Shown: in pieces, positions 45,049 through 54,899 of the stretch | Position numbering within the stretch: the stretch's first letter is position 1 | Layout: every line of letters starts with the position of its first letter | Assembly (NCBI GenBank): GCA_002011495.1 | Contig: MTNR01000072.1 | Span: 7,371-71,370, forward strand | Direction: 5' to 3' | DNA: 64,000 nucleotides | From: Dehalococcoides sp. JdFR-56 | GTDB taxonomy: Bacteria; Chloroflexota; Dehalococcoidia; Dehalococcoidales; RBG-16-60-22 | Notes under the pieces: generated by a model | Told to the model about the DNA's origin: nothing | Databases searched by the model: none | Seen by the model: only the letters and a program-made list of their open reading frames with translations | Translations under genes and position numbers: made by a program

Positions 45049-46143
45049 ATGTACAAGATGATGACCGACAAAATAGCGGCCGATGTACGAGTGCAGTTGT
45101 TACTGCCTGCCAATCTTCACTTCCCTGAGCAACGCGGCATTGTAGAAAGCGTCAGGTTAGCCGATACTGAGGATTTTCAAATAACACTGAAGCACTCCGA
45201 CGGACCACAAGGAGACCTGCTCAAGAAATGGCGTAAGCGACGCCGTGATTTTGCAGGTGATAGTGACTACGAGGCACTTATCAACCATCTTGAGCGAACC
45301 CTGATCGTTCCACAGGTAGAAATCGTCTTGAAAAAACGGACTTTCGTAAAAGAGGAGCTGAGTATTCGAGACGGCAGGATCTTGATTCGAGGGGACGACC
45401 CTAAAAAGGCCAATTGGTTCCAGATAGCTAAGGAAATCGTCATTGTGTATGACTCATTGATTAATCATCTGTTCACGATGTTCGCCAACAAACCTTGGAA
45501 GAGGTTGGAATCTCTTAGCCTCAGCCCCAGTGGTCCGTTTGCAAATCTTTCGGATTTCGCACGCTGCTTACAATCTTGGAACGTCGAGTTCAGAGAAGTG
45601 TCTGGAGACGAGTGGGTCGGAGGCTTTTCCTTCCTCTCTGAGGCAGAGTCTTTGGAACGAGTGAGTTTGCAAATAGCAAGTGCTGATATCGGTTCTGAAC
45701 AACTACAAACTATCGCTGAAGGCCTGAAGTCGCTGATTGGCAACAAAGCGAGTTTGCCAACTGGATGGGAGTACCTGTACCTTGCATCTCTTCACCTCAA
45801 TAGAGGTGACGTCAGAAACACAATTATTGATCTAGACATAGCGGTCGATTATCTAGTTAAACGATACATCCGAGATAGAGTAAGCATATGCGAGGAAGCC
45901 ATTAATATAATCTTTGAAAAATCTTCCACAGGCAATCTGCTCACTATCGCGAAAATGCTGTCAAGTAGTGATAGTGAATCTGCCATGTGGGACGCATTTG
46001 AGAAACTCCACGGTTTCAGAAATGAAGTGTTACACAATTACCGAAGGCGTTTTGGTGCCTCGGAGCTGAAGATAATTGAAAGGTCACAAAACGACATATT
46101 ATCGCTATTGAGAGATCTTGCTGTAAGTTCAAGCACAGGGTGA
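45049..46143 (+). CDS. Hypothetical protein with a C-terminal HEPN-like domain (Rx4H)
   Basis: 364 aa. The C-terminal helical region has FEKLHGFRNEVLHNYRR (R-x4-H). The start may be ATG 45058, which has better spacing to AGAGGTG. Confidence 0.6.
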   Translation: MYKMMTDKIAADVRVQLLLPANLHFPEQRGIVESVRLADTEDFQITLKHSDGPQGDLLKKWRKRRRDFAGDSDYEALINHLERTLIVPQVEIVLKKRTFVKEELSIRDGRILIRGDDPKKANWFQIAKEIVIVYDSLINHLFTMFANKPWKRLESLSLSPSGPFANLSDFARCLQSWNVEFREVSGDEWVGGFSFLSEAESLERVSLQIASADIGSEQLQTIAEGLKSLIGNKASLPTGWEYLYLASLHLNRGDVRNTIIDLDIAVDYLVKRYIRDRVSICEEAINIIFEKSSTGNLLTIAKMLSSSDSESAMWDAFEKLHGFRNEVLHNYRRRFGASELKIIERSQNDILSLLRDLAVSSSTG

Positions 46144-46411
46144 GCTGTTAGAATTGAGTAGTCTGTGAGTGTAGCCAACTCGCAGATGCTTCAGCAATTT
46201 GACGGTTTGTGACCCGGGCTGGGTGCGTGGCGGACTTAGGTACACCTGACCCGAAGTGGCAAATTTCTTCGGATACAGTAGCCTTTTCCCTCAGTCGTAG
46301 CAAATTCGCCCAGCAACACCATAAGAAGAGAGTTTGACAAAATTGTTATAGGAAACAGGAGCTTGGCAGACTATAGGTGGATGCCTGAGCGCATATAAGG
46401 GGAGGCAGGCA

Positions 46412-46555
46412 ATGGGGTTACGAAGTTCTCTCTACAAGATAGCTAGAATAATGGGCGACGTTAACGCCATCCAGAAGGGTAAGGTCGGCAAAAGGGTAGC
46501 AAGGCGAGTGTGCGGCAAGGTTACTGGCAGAACGCTCCAGAAGTTAATAAAGTAA
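46412..46555 (+). CDS. Candidate 47-aa highly basic small protein
   Basis: Below the track cutoff. AAGGGGAGG lies 7 nt upstream of ATG 46412. It translates MGLRSSLYKIARIMGDVNAIQKGKVGKRVARRVCGKVTGRTLQKLIK. Confidence 0.35.
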   Translation: MGLRSSLYKIARIMGDVNAIQKGKVGKRVARRVCGKVTGRTLQKLIK

Positions 46556-46599
46556 CGTGCAGAATCATCATATCAGCACACGGCGCCGGGGAAGGGTGA

Positions 46600-48354
46600 C
46601 TAACACCAACCTAGTCTGGAAACTGCGTTAGCGTATTCAACAGCAATTTCCTCAAAGCGCGAGTAATCTCCGCCAAAGAGGCCTTGTCTTAAGGGTTCCC
46701 ATGACTCTTTTCGCTGTTTCGCTTCAGCTAATAGGTCTTTTAAGGGATTCTGCCCCTCGCTATTCCCTAATTTATAGCCAAACCTTCCGATTGGTCCCCA
46801 TATGCGTTTTCGTTCTTTGTTGAACAAATCAGCGTAAACCAAGGCAAACAGACATTCGAACCGGTCAAATGTTCTTTCATAAGTAACGTCGTCAGCCAAG
46901 AACTCCCGGAGCGGATTACGAAGTACGCGAGCCAGATGCTCACTAACCGGTGTATAAAAGTTTTGTCCCAGTATCTGGTTCATCGCTTTTTGGTCAGCTA
47001 TTTCCGCGGGGACTAGTTTCAAGGCGAGAGGCCTTCTTTCCCCATTATCGTTATACATTGGACCAGCCAGTAAGGCTGACAGAGTATCATATTTGTCTGC
47101 GGCTACCGCTGCAAGTCCCGATGTGTAGAGCAGCAAGAGGGCAGGATAGAGTCTGAGATTGAGCCAGACAACTAGTCCACCCTTACCGCCTTGCGGGTTT
47201 CCGATTCTCTCCAGGACTTTCACCCATAGTTTATGGTGAGCCGAGTTTCCCCAGTAACATCCTGTTGCCATTAGTGAGACAAGTGTTTCCAAGTTAGCCT
47301 CGTATTTGGCCAGGCGCTTCTTTAATTCTTCAACACTGAAGCCAACTCCCTCCACAGGAAAGTTGGTTTCAGATAGGATTCCATATGCTCTTTCTGTCTC
47401 TTCCATTACCAAGTCGTGCAAACGAATCTGATAACGCTCGTCCGTGAGATACCGTTTGGCACGGGCGATGGCCGCCTTGGTTGATAGCGGATGTGGCCGG
47501 GCATATTCTTCAAGCGCCATTACCTTTTCTGTTAGGTCACGAAAGAAGGTGTCTGCATCCTGTATCTCAATACGCTGGGCGCGGCGCAGTGTCATAATGC
47601 GCTGGGCGGAAGGGCTATCCTCGCCAAGAGACGTCCAGTAAGTAGTGAACCTGTGGCTCTGGCACCTCTCCAGTGCAGCCCGGAGCGCCGTATCCCACTC
47701 AGCAGACCATCCGCAAATGATAAGTCCAAACTCGTCGAAAATCCGGTCAAGGAGCGCATTCATTCTGTCATCAAACTGCGCCAGCTCCTCCGGGGTGTTC
47801 TTAATACGGGTATCCAAATAATCACCATGCACCTTTATTATGGTACACGACGTATGTACAATAGGAATAGCCCCCTCCGCAGCGTCGGGTGTGCTGATAA
47901 CAGTGGGCGTTACGCCCACATTCTCAAGTGCCGTTTCCAGCAGGCGATCAAAATTTGTGGTAATAATGACTCGGATATAGCCGTTGGCCACAAGCTCAGC
48001 AATGGCTTTATGGGCCTCAGTCGGGGTTTTAAGACCTTGCTCCCGCTCTTCTTCGTTCGGCTCGAAGTAGGTTCTCAATAAGCTGGCTCTTTCCGCCGGG
48101 GAACCCGCGGCTATTTCAAGTAATCTGGCATAGTCAGGATATGTGCCGAATTTGCTCTGATACCAATCCACAGGGTCAGCCTCACAATCTTCGCCCTGGA
48201 GATGAGCCACTTTACGTATCAGGTCAAGGATGACCTCCCATCCTGTAGGAATACCTGCTGCCCTAGATACCCCTGAACCTAGGAGCAGAGCATAAACGCC
48301 TTTCCCGCCATGTATTGAGAAAGCCAATGAAATTATCGGGTCAATCAGGGTCAT
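46600..48354 (-). CDS. SIR2-family (SIR2_2-like) protein with a ~320-aa C-terminal domain of unknown function
   Basis: The N-terminus has LLLGSGVSRAAGIPTGWE, TTNFDRLLE and IIKVHGD, so the SIR2-type Gly-rich loop, Asn and His are present. It starts 7 nt after the upstream RM gene stop. Confidence 0.8.
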   Translation of the reverse strand: MTLIDPIISLAFSIHGGKGVYALLLGSGVSRAAGIPTGWEVILDLIRKVAHLQGEDCEADPVDWYQSKFGTYPDYARLLEIAAGSPAERASLLRTYFEPNEEEREQGLKTPTEAHKAIAELVANGYIRVIITTNFDRLLETALENVGVTPTVISTPDAAEGAIPIVHTSCTIIKVHGDYLDTRIKNTPEELAQFDDRMNALLDRIFDEFGLIICGWSAEWDTALRAALERCQSHRFTTYWTSLGEDSPSAQRIMTLRRAQRIEIQDADTFFRDLTEKVMALEEYARPHPLSTKAAIARAKRYLTDERYQIRLHDLVMEETERAYGILSETNFPVEGVGFSVEELKKRLAKYEANLETLVSLMATGCYWGNSAHHKLWVKVLERIGNPQGGKGGLVVWLNLRLYPALLLLYTSGLAAVAADKYDTLSALLAGPMYNDNGERRPLALKLVPAEIADQKAMNQILGQNFYTPVSEHLARVLRNPLREFLADDVTYERTFDRFECLFALVYADLFNKERKRIWGPIGRFGYKLGNSEGQNPLKDLLAEAKQRKESWEPLRQGLFGGDYSRFEEIAVEYANAVSRLGWC

Positions 48355-48361
48355 TTCTCTC

Positions 48362-51300
48362 TTACTCCATCGGCCATCCCGGTATCAGCTCGTCAATCTC
48401 TTCCATCAGCCTAATCGTCTTTTTAATAGCAACCACTATCTTCTGATAATGCTGGGCTTCATCTAGAGTCAGGTTGCGCCCCTTGCGGTCTTTGAGCCAC
48501 TTCTGGCAGACCTGGTAGCCGCCGATGTGGAAGTTCCAGACCTCCGGCGGCACGCCCTCAAAATACTGTGCCTTGTTTATATAGACCCGCTGGTTATTCT
48601 CATCATAGGTTACCTTTTCAACCGTGTTGGTGCCGGTTACCGGGTATCTGGTAATCAGGTTATTAAGCACAGGGGATTCCATCAGGTGCAGGGATACCAG
48701 CTCAGCACCTTTTGCCACCAGTTTACTAAACAGCTCTTTATCCGAAGTCAGCGGCAGGCGCGGGAAGTCTATCTTCAAGAACTCGGCATAGCGGGTACGG
48801 TAGGTGGGCGAGTGGAAGACAGCATAGGCATAGTGGAAGATGTCCTCCGGGCCGAAGGTCTCGGTAAGGTCTCCCCTACCATCCTCAACAGGCTCCAGCC
48901 CCAGCTTCTTCGAGAAAGCTTTGATGAAGTCCGGCTTCAGGTTGGGACGGCGTTTGCCTCCTTCAAACTGCATCTCGCCCTCAGCAGCGTAAAGATAGAG
49001 CGGAAAGTTGACATTCCCTCCGCGGTAGAACAAGTTGAAGTCTTGTATTGAATCGGAGCAATATATAATGTCCCATAGCTCTGGCCCCACCACTTGCCCC
49101 GCTCTTCCTATACAGAGAGCCAGGTTCTCTCCCGCCAGCATGTGGCGCATGACCTCGAGGCGGGGCATACAGTGGAATCCCCTTGAGTGCCCAGTATAGT
49201 AGGTGTACCTGGTGTCAAACGGACGGTAGAGTATGGGAACCACCTTTTCTGCTTTCAAGCCTGAATCTTTAAGGTCTTTTTGCGCCAGGGCAACTTTCCA
49301 GTCACGAACGTCGCTGCCAAGATTGTATCTCTCCCTAGCTTCCTCGGTAGGAAGAGAGGCAAACTCAGTGACGACAGTCTGTACCTCTGCCTGAGACCAG
49401 CGTATAGCTAGCTCATCTCTGGCCGTCACAATGCCAACACTGTTAACAGGGAAGATATCGGTTATCTTCCAGCCTTTCTCATATTCGCTCAACAGACCTT
49501 GCTCAACGGGCACAAAGAGGTAAAACGGACTGCTCGGCGTAAGCTCTAACCACTCAGTCTTATCTATGTCTGTTTCCAGCAAGGTGTGATACTTTGTGCC
49601 TTCCCGAGGGTTAGGCCACTCACCGCGCTTTCCCCACAGCTCGGCATAGTGGACTGTGGCGGGGCCGGTTCTGCCTGGTTCCTTAATGAAAATACCAATA
49701 GCTACCCCTTGCTGGATATCAAAAACATTTTCATCTTTGCTACCATCTGGAGCAACCTCCTTTTTCTTCACGTTGCCGTGGAGATTGAGGATGTAAATGT
49801 CAGTAAAGCTATTCATCAGGGACTGGCGCATGCCGCGGAAGGTGGGGTTATCCAGGTAAGAATGATTGGTAATAAAGGCCAGGATACCCTGTCCTGTAAG
49901 CTCTATCCGCCACTGTCCAAAACGAATGAATTTAACATAGTCATCCTGAAGCCATTTCGGGTTTTTCTCCTTCAATAACTGGTTATCAACAATTTTGTAA
50001 TCTTCTATAAGCCTACCGATAAAGGTCTTTACACGCTTTTTTATTGGGGAAGTTGCTTTTATTTCTACCGGTGACCAGTAGACTTTTTCCTCGCCATCTT
50101 TAAGCGTCATGATTTTAAGTTCCAAGTGGTCAACGTATGTCTGCCCTGGTTGAATTTCCATTTCAACTTCGCTTCTATTAACTGAATGTCCGGAATAAGG
50201 AGGATTTCCCAGCACCACCATTATTGGCTTTTCTTTCTTAATTTGGGCAGCAGCGTTGGCTTCCTCCACGATGTACTCGTTGAAACCGGCCAGTTGCTCA
50301 GATTTTTTGAATGCCTCCTCAAGCGTATTGGTGAGGTAGATTCCCAGACGCTGCTCGCCCTGGAAATGGTAGCCCGTTTCCTGAAGCAGAAGCTCTAGCT
50401 TGAGGTGGGCGACGGCATAGGGAGCCATCAAAAGCTCAAAACCGAAAAGACGCGGCAGAAGCTTCTCTTCTACATACTCGCTCCACCAGCTCTGCTGCCC
50501 TTGGCTGATGATGGTCTGGTGAATCTCATTTATCACCATGTACAGGAATGTGGCAGTGCCCGCCGCCGGGTCAAGAATAAGTGTCTTCTCATCGGCTAGG
50601 CCCTGCGGGCGCTTGAAGCGCGTTTTCAAAAGATGGTCAATAGACCGCACGATGTAGGAGACCACCGGTTCCGGAGTATAGTAAACGCCGCGCATCTCCC
50701 GTATCTTCGGGTCGTACTCCTTGAGGAAAGTCTCGTAGAAATGGACTACTGCGTCCTCTTTGGCAGTGCGCTTGCCAAAATCTTTGCGGATTGCCTCCAT
50801 ATCAGCTTTGGCAAGGAGCTGCACCAAGTCATCAACCAGCCAGGCAATGCGATCATCTAATTCGAATGCGATATGATAGAACAGTTTCCGCAAAAAGGGA
50901 TTAGTTTTACGCACCAAGTAGGCAGCGCTCTGGCGGGTGAAGGATGTACCACCGTCGGAAGCGCAGCGTGCAGCAAAATACCCGTAGGCGATAGTCTGAG
51001 CATACATATCGGCGAACTGCTCCACCGAGAGGTCGGGGATAAGGTTGTCACGGAAGGCAGACAGCTGCACGTGCAGACTCTCGCTCTCTGGCTCTTTCTG
51101 GAAAGCGGCAACGATGAAGCTGCGAATCATCTGAGCTAGGCGTGCCATGCGCAGCGCAAGCTCCTTGGGCGTGCCTATTCCCTCAGCCCTGTGTGCAAGA
51201 AATTCGCCCAACAGCTCACCAACAGCCTTCTCCCCATCTTTGTCACGCTTAATTTTGCCTTCCTTGGTCAATCTACCTAGAGTTGCCGAAAGACGATACG

Positions 51301-51661
51301 CTCCATTGACGTACCACCGAAACTCCAGGTAGTTAGTGAGGACCAAGTTGGGCAGGGAAGACAAGTAGCGTTGAAATCTTTCTCCGTCTGACCCCTTTCC
51401 TTGCTCAATCTCGTCAAGAGGCTTACCGACATCCTTGGCCTCCAAGTAGCCAACCGTGGTGCTATCCTTAGTAATAACAAAATCAGGTGCGCCGCACTCG
51501 ATACGACTCGGCAAGCTGGTTGCGGATATCCCTTCGCCCAAAGACTCGAGCAGTACTTTCAACGACGGATAATGGGAGCCCTCGCTAGCATAACCCGCTG
51601 CCAGAGTCGTTTGAATACTTTTCAAATAAGCAGCAAATACACTAAGTTCACCCGGATTCAT
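48362..51661 (-). CDS. Type IIG/IIL-like single-chain restriction-modification enzyme (PD-ExK nuclease + gamma-class N6-adenine MTase + C-terminal specificity domain)
   Basis: 1099 aa. N-terminus has GAPDFVI...GYLEAKDVG (PD...ExK). MTase motif I is LDPAAGTATFL and motif IV is LGNPPYSG. The C-terminal FHIGGYQVCQKWLKDRKGRNL is typical of type-ISP-like specificity domains. Confidence 0.8.
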   Translation of the reverse strand: MNPGELSVFAAYLKSIQTTLAAGYASEGSHYPSLKVLLESLGEGISATSLPSRIECGAPDFVITKDSTTVGYLEAKDVGKPLDEIEQGKGSDGERFQRYLSSLPNLVLTNYLEFRWYVNGAYRLSATLGRLTKEGKIKRDKDGEKAVGELLGEFLAHRAEGIGTPKELALRMARLAQMIRSFIVAAFQKEPESESLHVQLSAFRDNLIPDLSVEQFADMYAQTIAYGYFAARCASDGGTSFTRQSAAYLVRKTNPFLRKLFYHIAFELDDRIAWLVDDLVQLLAKADMEAIRKDFGKRTAKEDAVVHFYETFLKEYDPKIREMRGVYYTPEPVVSYIVRSIDHLLKTRFKRPQGLADEKTLILDPAAGTATFLYMVINEIHQTIISQGQQSWWSEYVEEKLLPRLFGFELLMAPYAVAHLKLELLLQETGYHFQGEQRLGIYLTNTLEEAFKKSEQLAGFNEYIVEEANAAAQIKKEKPIMVVLGNPPYSGHSVNRSEVEMEIQPGQTYVDHLELKIMTLKDGEEKVYWSPVEIKATSPIKKRVKTFIGRLIEDYKIVDNQLLKEKNPKWLQDDYVKFIRFGQWRIELTGQGILAFITNHSYLDNPTFRGMRQSLMNSFTDIYILNLHGNVKKKEVAPDGSKDENVFDIQQGVAIGIFIKEPGRTGPATVHYAELWGKRGEWPNPREGTKYHTLLETDIDKTEWLELTPSSPFYLFVPVEQGLLSEYEKGWKITDIFPVNSVGIVTARDELAIRWSQAEVQTVVTEFASLPTEEARERYNLGSDVRDWKVALAQKDLKDSGLKAEKVVPILYRPFDTRYTYYTGHSRGFHCMPRLEVMRHMLAGENLALCIGRAGQVVGPELWDIIYCSDSIQDFNLFYRGGNVNFPLYLYAAEGEMQFEGGKRRPNLKPDFIKAFSKKLGLEPVEDGRGDLTETFGPEDIFHYAYAVFHSPTYRTRYAEFLKIDFPRLPLTSDKELFSKLVAKGAELVSLHLMESPVLNNLITRYPVTGTNTVEKVTYDENNQRVYINKAQYFEGVPPEVWNFHIGGYQVCQKWLKDRKGRNLTLDEAQHYQKIVVAIKKTIRLMEEIDELIPGWPME

Positions 51662-51910
51662 CTTGACCCCGAAATTGTCTTATGTTAATCGCATTATACT
51701 ATATGAGTATGAGAATGAGTAGCACCACAAGGTGACACAAATCAAGAGCATCTGCAGCTATGAAGGTCACTTAGGCGATTACCCAATCATTGCGCGATAA
51801 CAGGTACGACACGAACAATTTACTCCAACCTTAGAGCACGAGAAATGCGATAGTTTGTTGGCTTTCTGTTGGATTCCACATATTTGCTATAATTAAGTCG
51901 GGGGCAAGAC

Positions 51911-53164
51911 ATGCGAGTTCTAATCCTTTCAGCCACTATAGACAGGATGCAAAAATTTGGTAATCCACCCTATCATCCCCCGTATGACGTACACGTGGAC
52001 ACAGACGACCTGAACAGAGAAGATTTCAATTTTAGTGTGTTTGACTACGATGTCTCCATTGTTCATATTTGTGAGGGCCCCTACCACACGATAGGCTACT
52101 ATGCTAACCTTCCTAAATTACTTCGAGATTCAGCACTGGCCCTCGAACATGGCCATTCCGTCATTTGCCTGCCCCATTCGAGAAACTTTATTTCGAAGAG
52201 GCTTGACGAGAGAGGAATGTCAGCCTACGAATGGTTAGAGAAATTCGGAGTTCAGCTTCAAGACAACGAGGGCGAAAATATCAAACCTACAGGAGCTGGC
52301 CGTGCACAAGTAATTCAAGAATATCTCAATCATGCATTTAAGTACTATCAAATAGTGACTGAGTTCCCACCCACTTCAAGCAACAAATTGGCCGTGGTCG
52401 ATGATACTGAAATCGTGGTTGGGTTAGAATGCCAAGTAGGAAAAGGAAGTCTGGTTATTCTTCCACCACCCACATTTCATGAGAGCGAGTATTACTTGAT
52501 GATGTCACGAATGTTAGCCGTTGCACGTCGCTATTATGACCGTTCACAGCGCTACCTGGCTATAGGCGACGTTCCCGATTGGGTCAGCAATTACTTAGTG
52601 CCACGCGCTAAAGTTTTAGAAGAGCAAATTAGCAAGCTGTCAGAAGAAAAGGCGAAATATGACAAGTTAGCTTACGTTCTTTATGGAACAGGGGATGAGT
52701 TGGTGACTAGTGTTACTCTGCTACTCGACGAGTTAGGCCTTGAGGTTCAGCCACAACCACGTGGTGCCAATATCGACCTGAAAGCGAAGCATCCCGGACT
52801 GAATATTGGGTTTGCGATCGAGGTCACGGGGACAAAAGATATCATTCGCAAAGATAGTAATAAAATCGCGCAAGCCCGGCAGTATCTGAGCGAGCGGGCA
52901 GGGACTCCCGAAGAGAATGACAGACTTATAATAGTTGCCAACAGCCAGTATCACCTCGATCCGAAGGAAAGAAACAACGCAGGCTTTAGCCCAGAGGTTG
53001 TGAGACTACTCGGTAACACCGGAGTTCTAATGATTACTTCTTTGCAGCTTTATGAACAGTGGAAGGCAGTCCACGAGGGACACAAGTCATCTGATGACCT
53101 CATTCGGGAGTTGCACAGTAGTTCAGGCCTGTTTGGAAAGTCCTCACAGCCTGAGGTACTGTAG
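51911..53164 (+). CDS. Hypothetical protein; the C-terminal part is possibly restriction-endonuclease-like
   Basis: 417-aa AT-rich ORF with a central coiled coil (LEEQISKLSEEKAKYDKL). The C-terminus has ELGLEV...ANIDLKAK...FAIEVTGTKD...LIIVAN, resembling a D...ExK core. Confidence 0.5.
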   Translation: MRVLILSATIDRMQKFGNPPYHPPYDVHVDTDDLNREDFNFSVFDYDVSIVHICEGPYHTIGYYANLPKLLRDSALALEHGHSVICLPHSRNFISKRLDERGMSAYEWLEKFGVQLQDNEGENIKPTGAGRAQVIQEYLNHAFKYYQIVTEFPPTSSNKLAVVDDTEIVVGLECQVGKGSLVILPPPTFHESEYYLMMSRMLAVARRYYDRSQRYLAIGDVPDWVSNYLVPRAKVLEEQISKLSEEKAKYDKLAYVLYGTGDELVTSVTLLLDELGLEVQPQPRGANIDLKAKHPGLNIGFAIEVTGTKDIIRKDSNKIAQARQYLSERAGTPEENDRLIIVANSQYHLDPKERNNAGFSPEVVRLLGNTGVLMITSLQLYEQWKAVHEGHKSSDDLIRELHSSSGLFGKSSQPEVL

Positions 53165-53506
53165 GACAGGGCGAGCCAGACGGTTAAGAAGTCCTTATGG
53201 TTTATTTTGCTTTTCATTCCTCGTCCACTCAGGAGTTGACAAAAGCAAGAAATAATCCCACAACAAACAAGAGGCCTCCCAAAGCGAAAGAGATAAACTT
53301 TACCCTTATCGTAATGCCTGTGATACCAATGATACCTCCTAGCAATATAAGGCTATAACCGATTTCTTCTTTGGAGGCAGTAGCAAACCAATTTACTATT
53401 TTGGCAATGGATCCATTGGAAAGGCCCCCCTTTCAACACAGAGGGTGGTGACACCTCAAGCATTCAGTCTGCTTTAAGACTTCAGCTGTTGCTTACGCCT
53501 GCAATT

Positions 53507-54211
53507 TCAAGCGGCAGCCCTTCTTCTAATCACAAGAAACAATACAACTCCTATTAGTATGACCCCCGCAATGATGCCTATCGCAACCCAATTAATATAT
53601 CTAGTGTGAACCATCATGTAGCGGCCTGTTTCCACTGATTCAACATCAAAATACCAGGTTGCAGATTCATCATCGTGAACGTCTGCATTGGTTTCAACAA
53701 TCCGTCCCGGCAGATCGAGCGTCCAAGACATATTGAACACGGATTTCATCATCGCCTTGCCGAGTTCAGCAAATTCATCTTGTTCCTCAAGGCCTATAGC
53801 AGTTCCAGGAATTGTCACTTCGAAGTAATATTCTTTATACACCAATCTATCTTTCTCATAAAACACCGCATCTTGAAAACTTATTTCTGAACTATCTTCA
53901 CCGAAACCGGGGATTGCAATTTCCTCCCCTTCTTCAAAATCCTTCGTAGCGATAAGAGAAGCAGAGCCTTCAGAATGGCTAGTGGTAACTTCCCAACCAT
54001 CCTTTTTGAACTCTTGAATTATGTCTGAGCTGACAACAAGGTTGCCCATCATCCCCGTCCCACTGATTTGCACCTGCTGCCTGACATCTCCAGTTGGTTT
54101 CACTTTCGTATATAGGTCAATTGACACAGTGCCACAGCCCAGCGGGAATAACGCTAATACCAATTGGAGGATGAGTAACAATTTGAGATATCTAGAATAT
54201 GGGGCTTTCAT
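53507..54211 (-). CDS. Hypothetical lipoprotein with a C-terminal TM anchor
   Basis: Signal peptide with lipobox (LFPLGCG), a ~180-aa domain, then a TM segment (WVAIGIIAGVILIGVVLFLVI) followed by RRRAAA. Confidence 0.6.
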   Translation of the reverse strand: MKAPYSRYLKLLLILQLVLALFPLGCGTVSIDLYTKVKPTGDVRQQVQISGTGMMGNLVVSSDIIQEFKKDGWEVTTSHSEGSASLIATKDFEEGEEIAIPGFGEDSSEISFQDAVFYEKDRLVYKEYYFEVTIPGTAIGLEEQDEFAELGKAMMKSVFNMSWTLDLPGRIVETNADVHDDESATWYFDVESVETGRYMMVHTRYINWVAIGIIAGVILIGVVLFLVIRRRAAA

Positions 54212-54453
54212 TTTACGCTCCCTTCACGTTCAATTTTTGTAAGCTAATTGTCTATGTCTTCCAGTGATTTGTCAATAGGCATGCCAAGAAATAGTGGACA
54301 AATTGGCAGAGTGTCTCAACCACGATTTATTGGAACCCCAAAAGTGCCGGAAATGCGACAGCTTCTGGCTGAATCTCCAGGAATCTTGGCCGTATTAGGA
54401 GAGAAGCGCACTAAACGAGAATTAACTAAAACTGGTGGCCTAGACGGGGTTTT

Positions 54454-54885
54454 CTAGAGGAGATGTGGTTGCACTTCTAGCAAGAAATCGGTACCACTAA
54501 TACATCGAATCCCAAGGGACTCTGCTACTTTTCTAGCTCGCCCTTCATCCACCACATAGGTTCCGTTTCGATAGTAAGCAAGAACGATGCCTTGAATGTC
54601 GGGGTCTTCTAGAAGTTTCTCTTGCACACGTAGCCTCATAAACATCCTACGTTCATCATTTGTCACAAAGTCGGTGGGTTTACCACTGTTCAGCCAATTC
54701 TTCGTCTCAGCTGGGGCACCAGAGCTGTTAACCTGCTTCGCTACCTTGTAAGGAACGACCAGCCATTTTCCGGGGCGCTCTGGCATATCTCGGAGACCTC
54801 TCCCATTTGGTCTTCGCTCTATTTCAATTAGAGAGGAAGAATCAAATACATAACATGGAGGAGGCGAACCCGATAACATCTTCAT
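54454..54885 (-). CDS. PIN-like domain protein (DUF4411-like), probable toxin partner
   Basis: 143 aa with an N-terminal YVFDSSSLIEI (PIN-type acidic residue) and a C-terminal IVLAYYRNGTYVVDEGRARKVAESLGIRCI. It lies 14 nt downstream of the HTH-ImmA/IrrE gene. Confidence 0.55.
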   Translation of the reverse strand: MKMLSGSPPPCYVFDSSSLIEIERRPNGRGLRDMPERPGKWLVVPYKVAKQVNSSGAPAETKNWLNSGKPTDFVTNDERRMFMRLRVQEKLLEDPDIQGIVLAYYRNGTYVVDEGRARKVAESLGIRCISGTDFLLEVQPHLL

Positions 54886-54899
54886 TCGGATGGTTTTAC

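Noticed and set aside
53220-53430. Possible small 2-TM ORF on the minus strand (…GYSLILLGGIIGITGITIRVKFISFALGGLLFVVGLFLAFVNS)
   Set aside because: The open frame is bounded upstream by a stop and has no ATG, GTG or TTG start with an RBS. It may be a remnant, so it is not reported as a gene.
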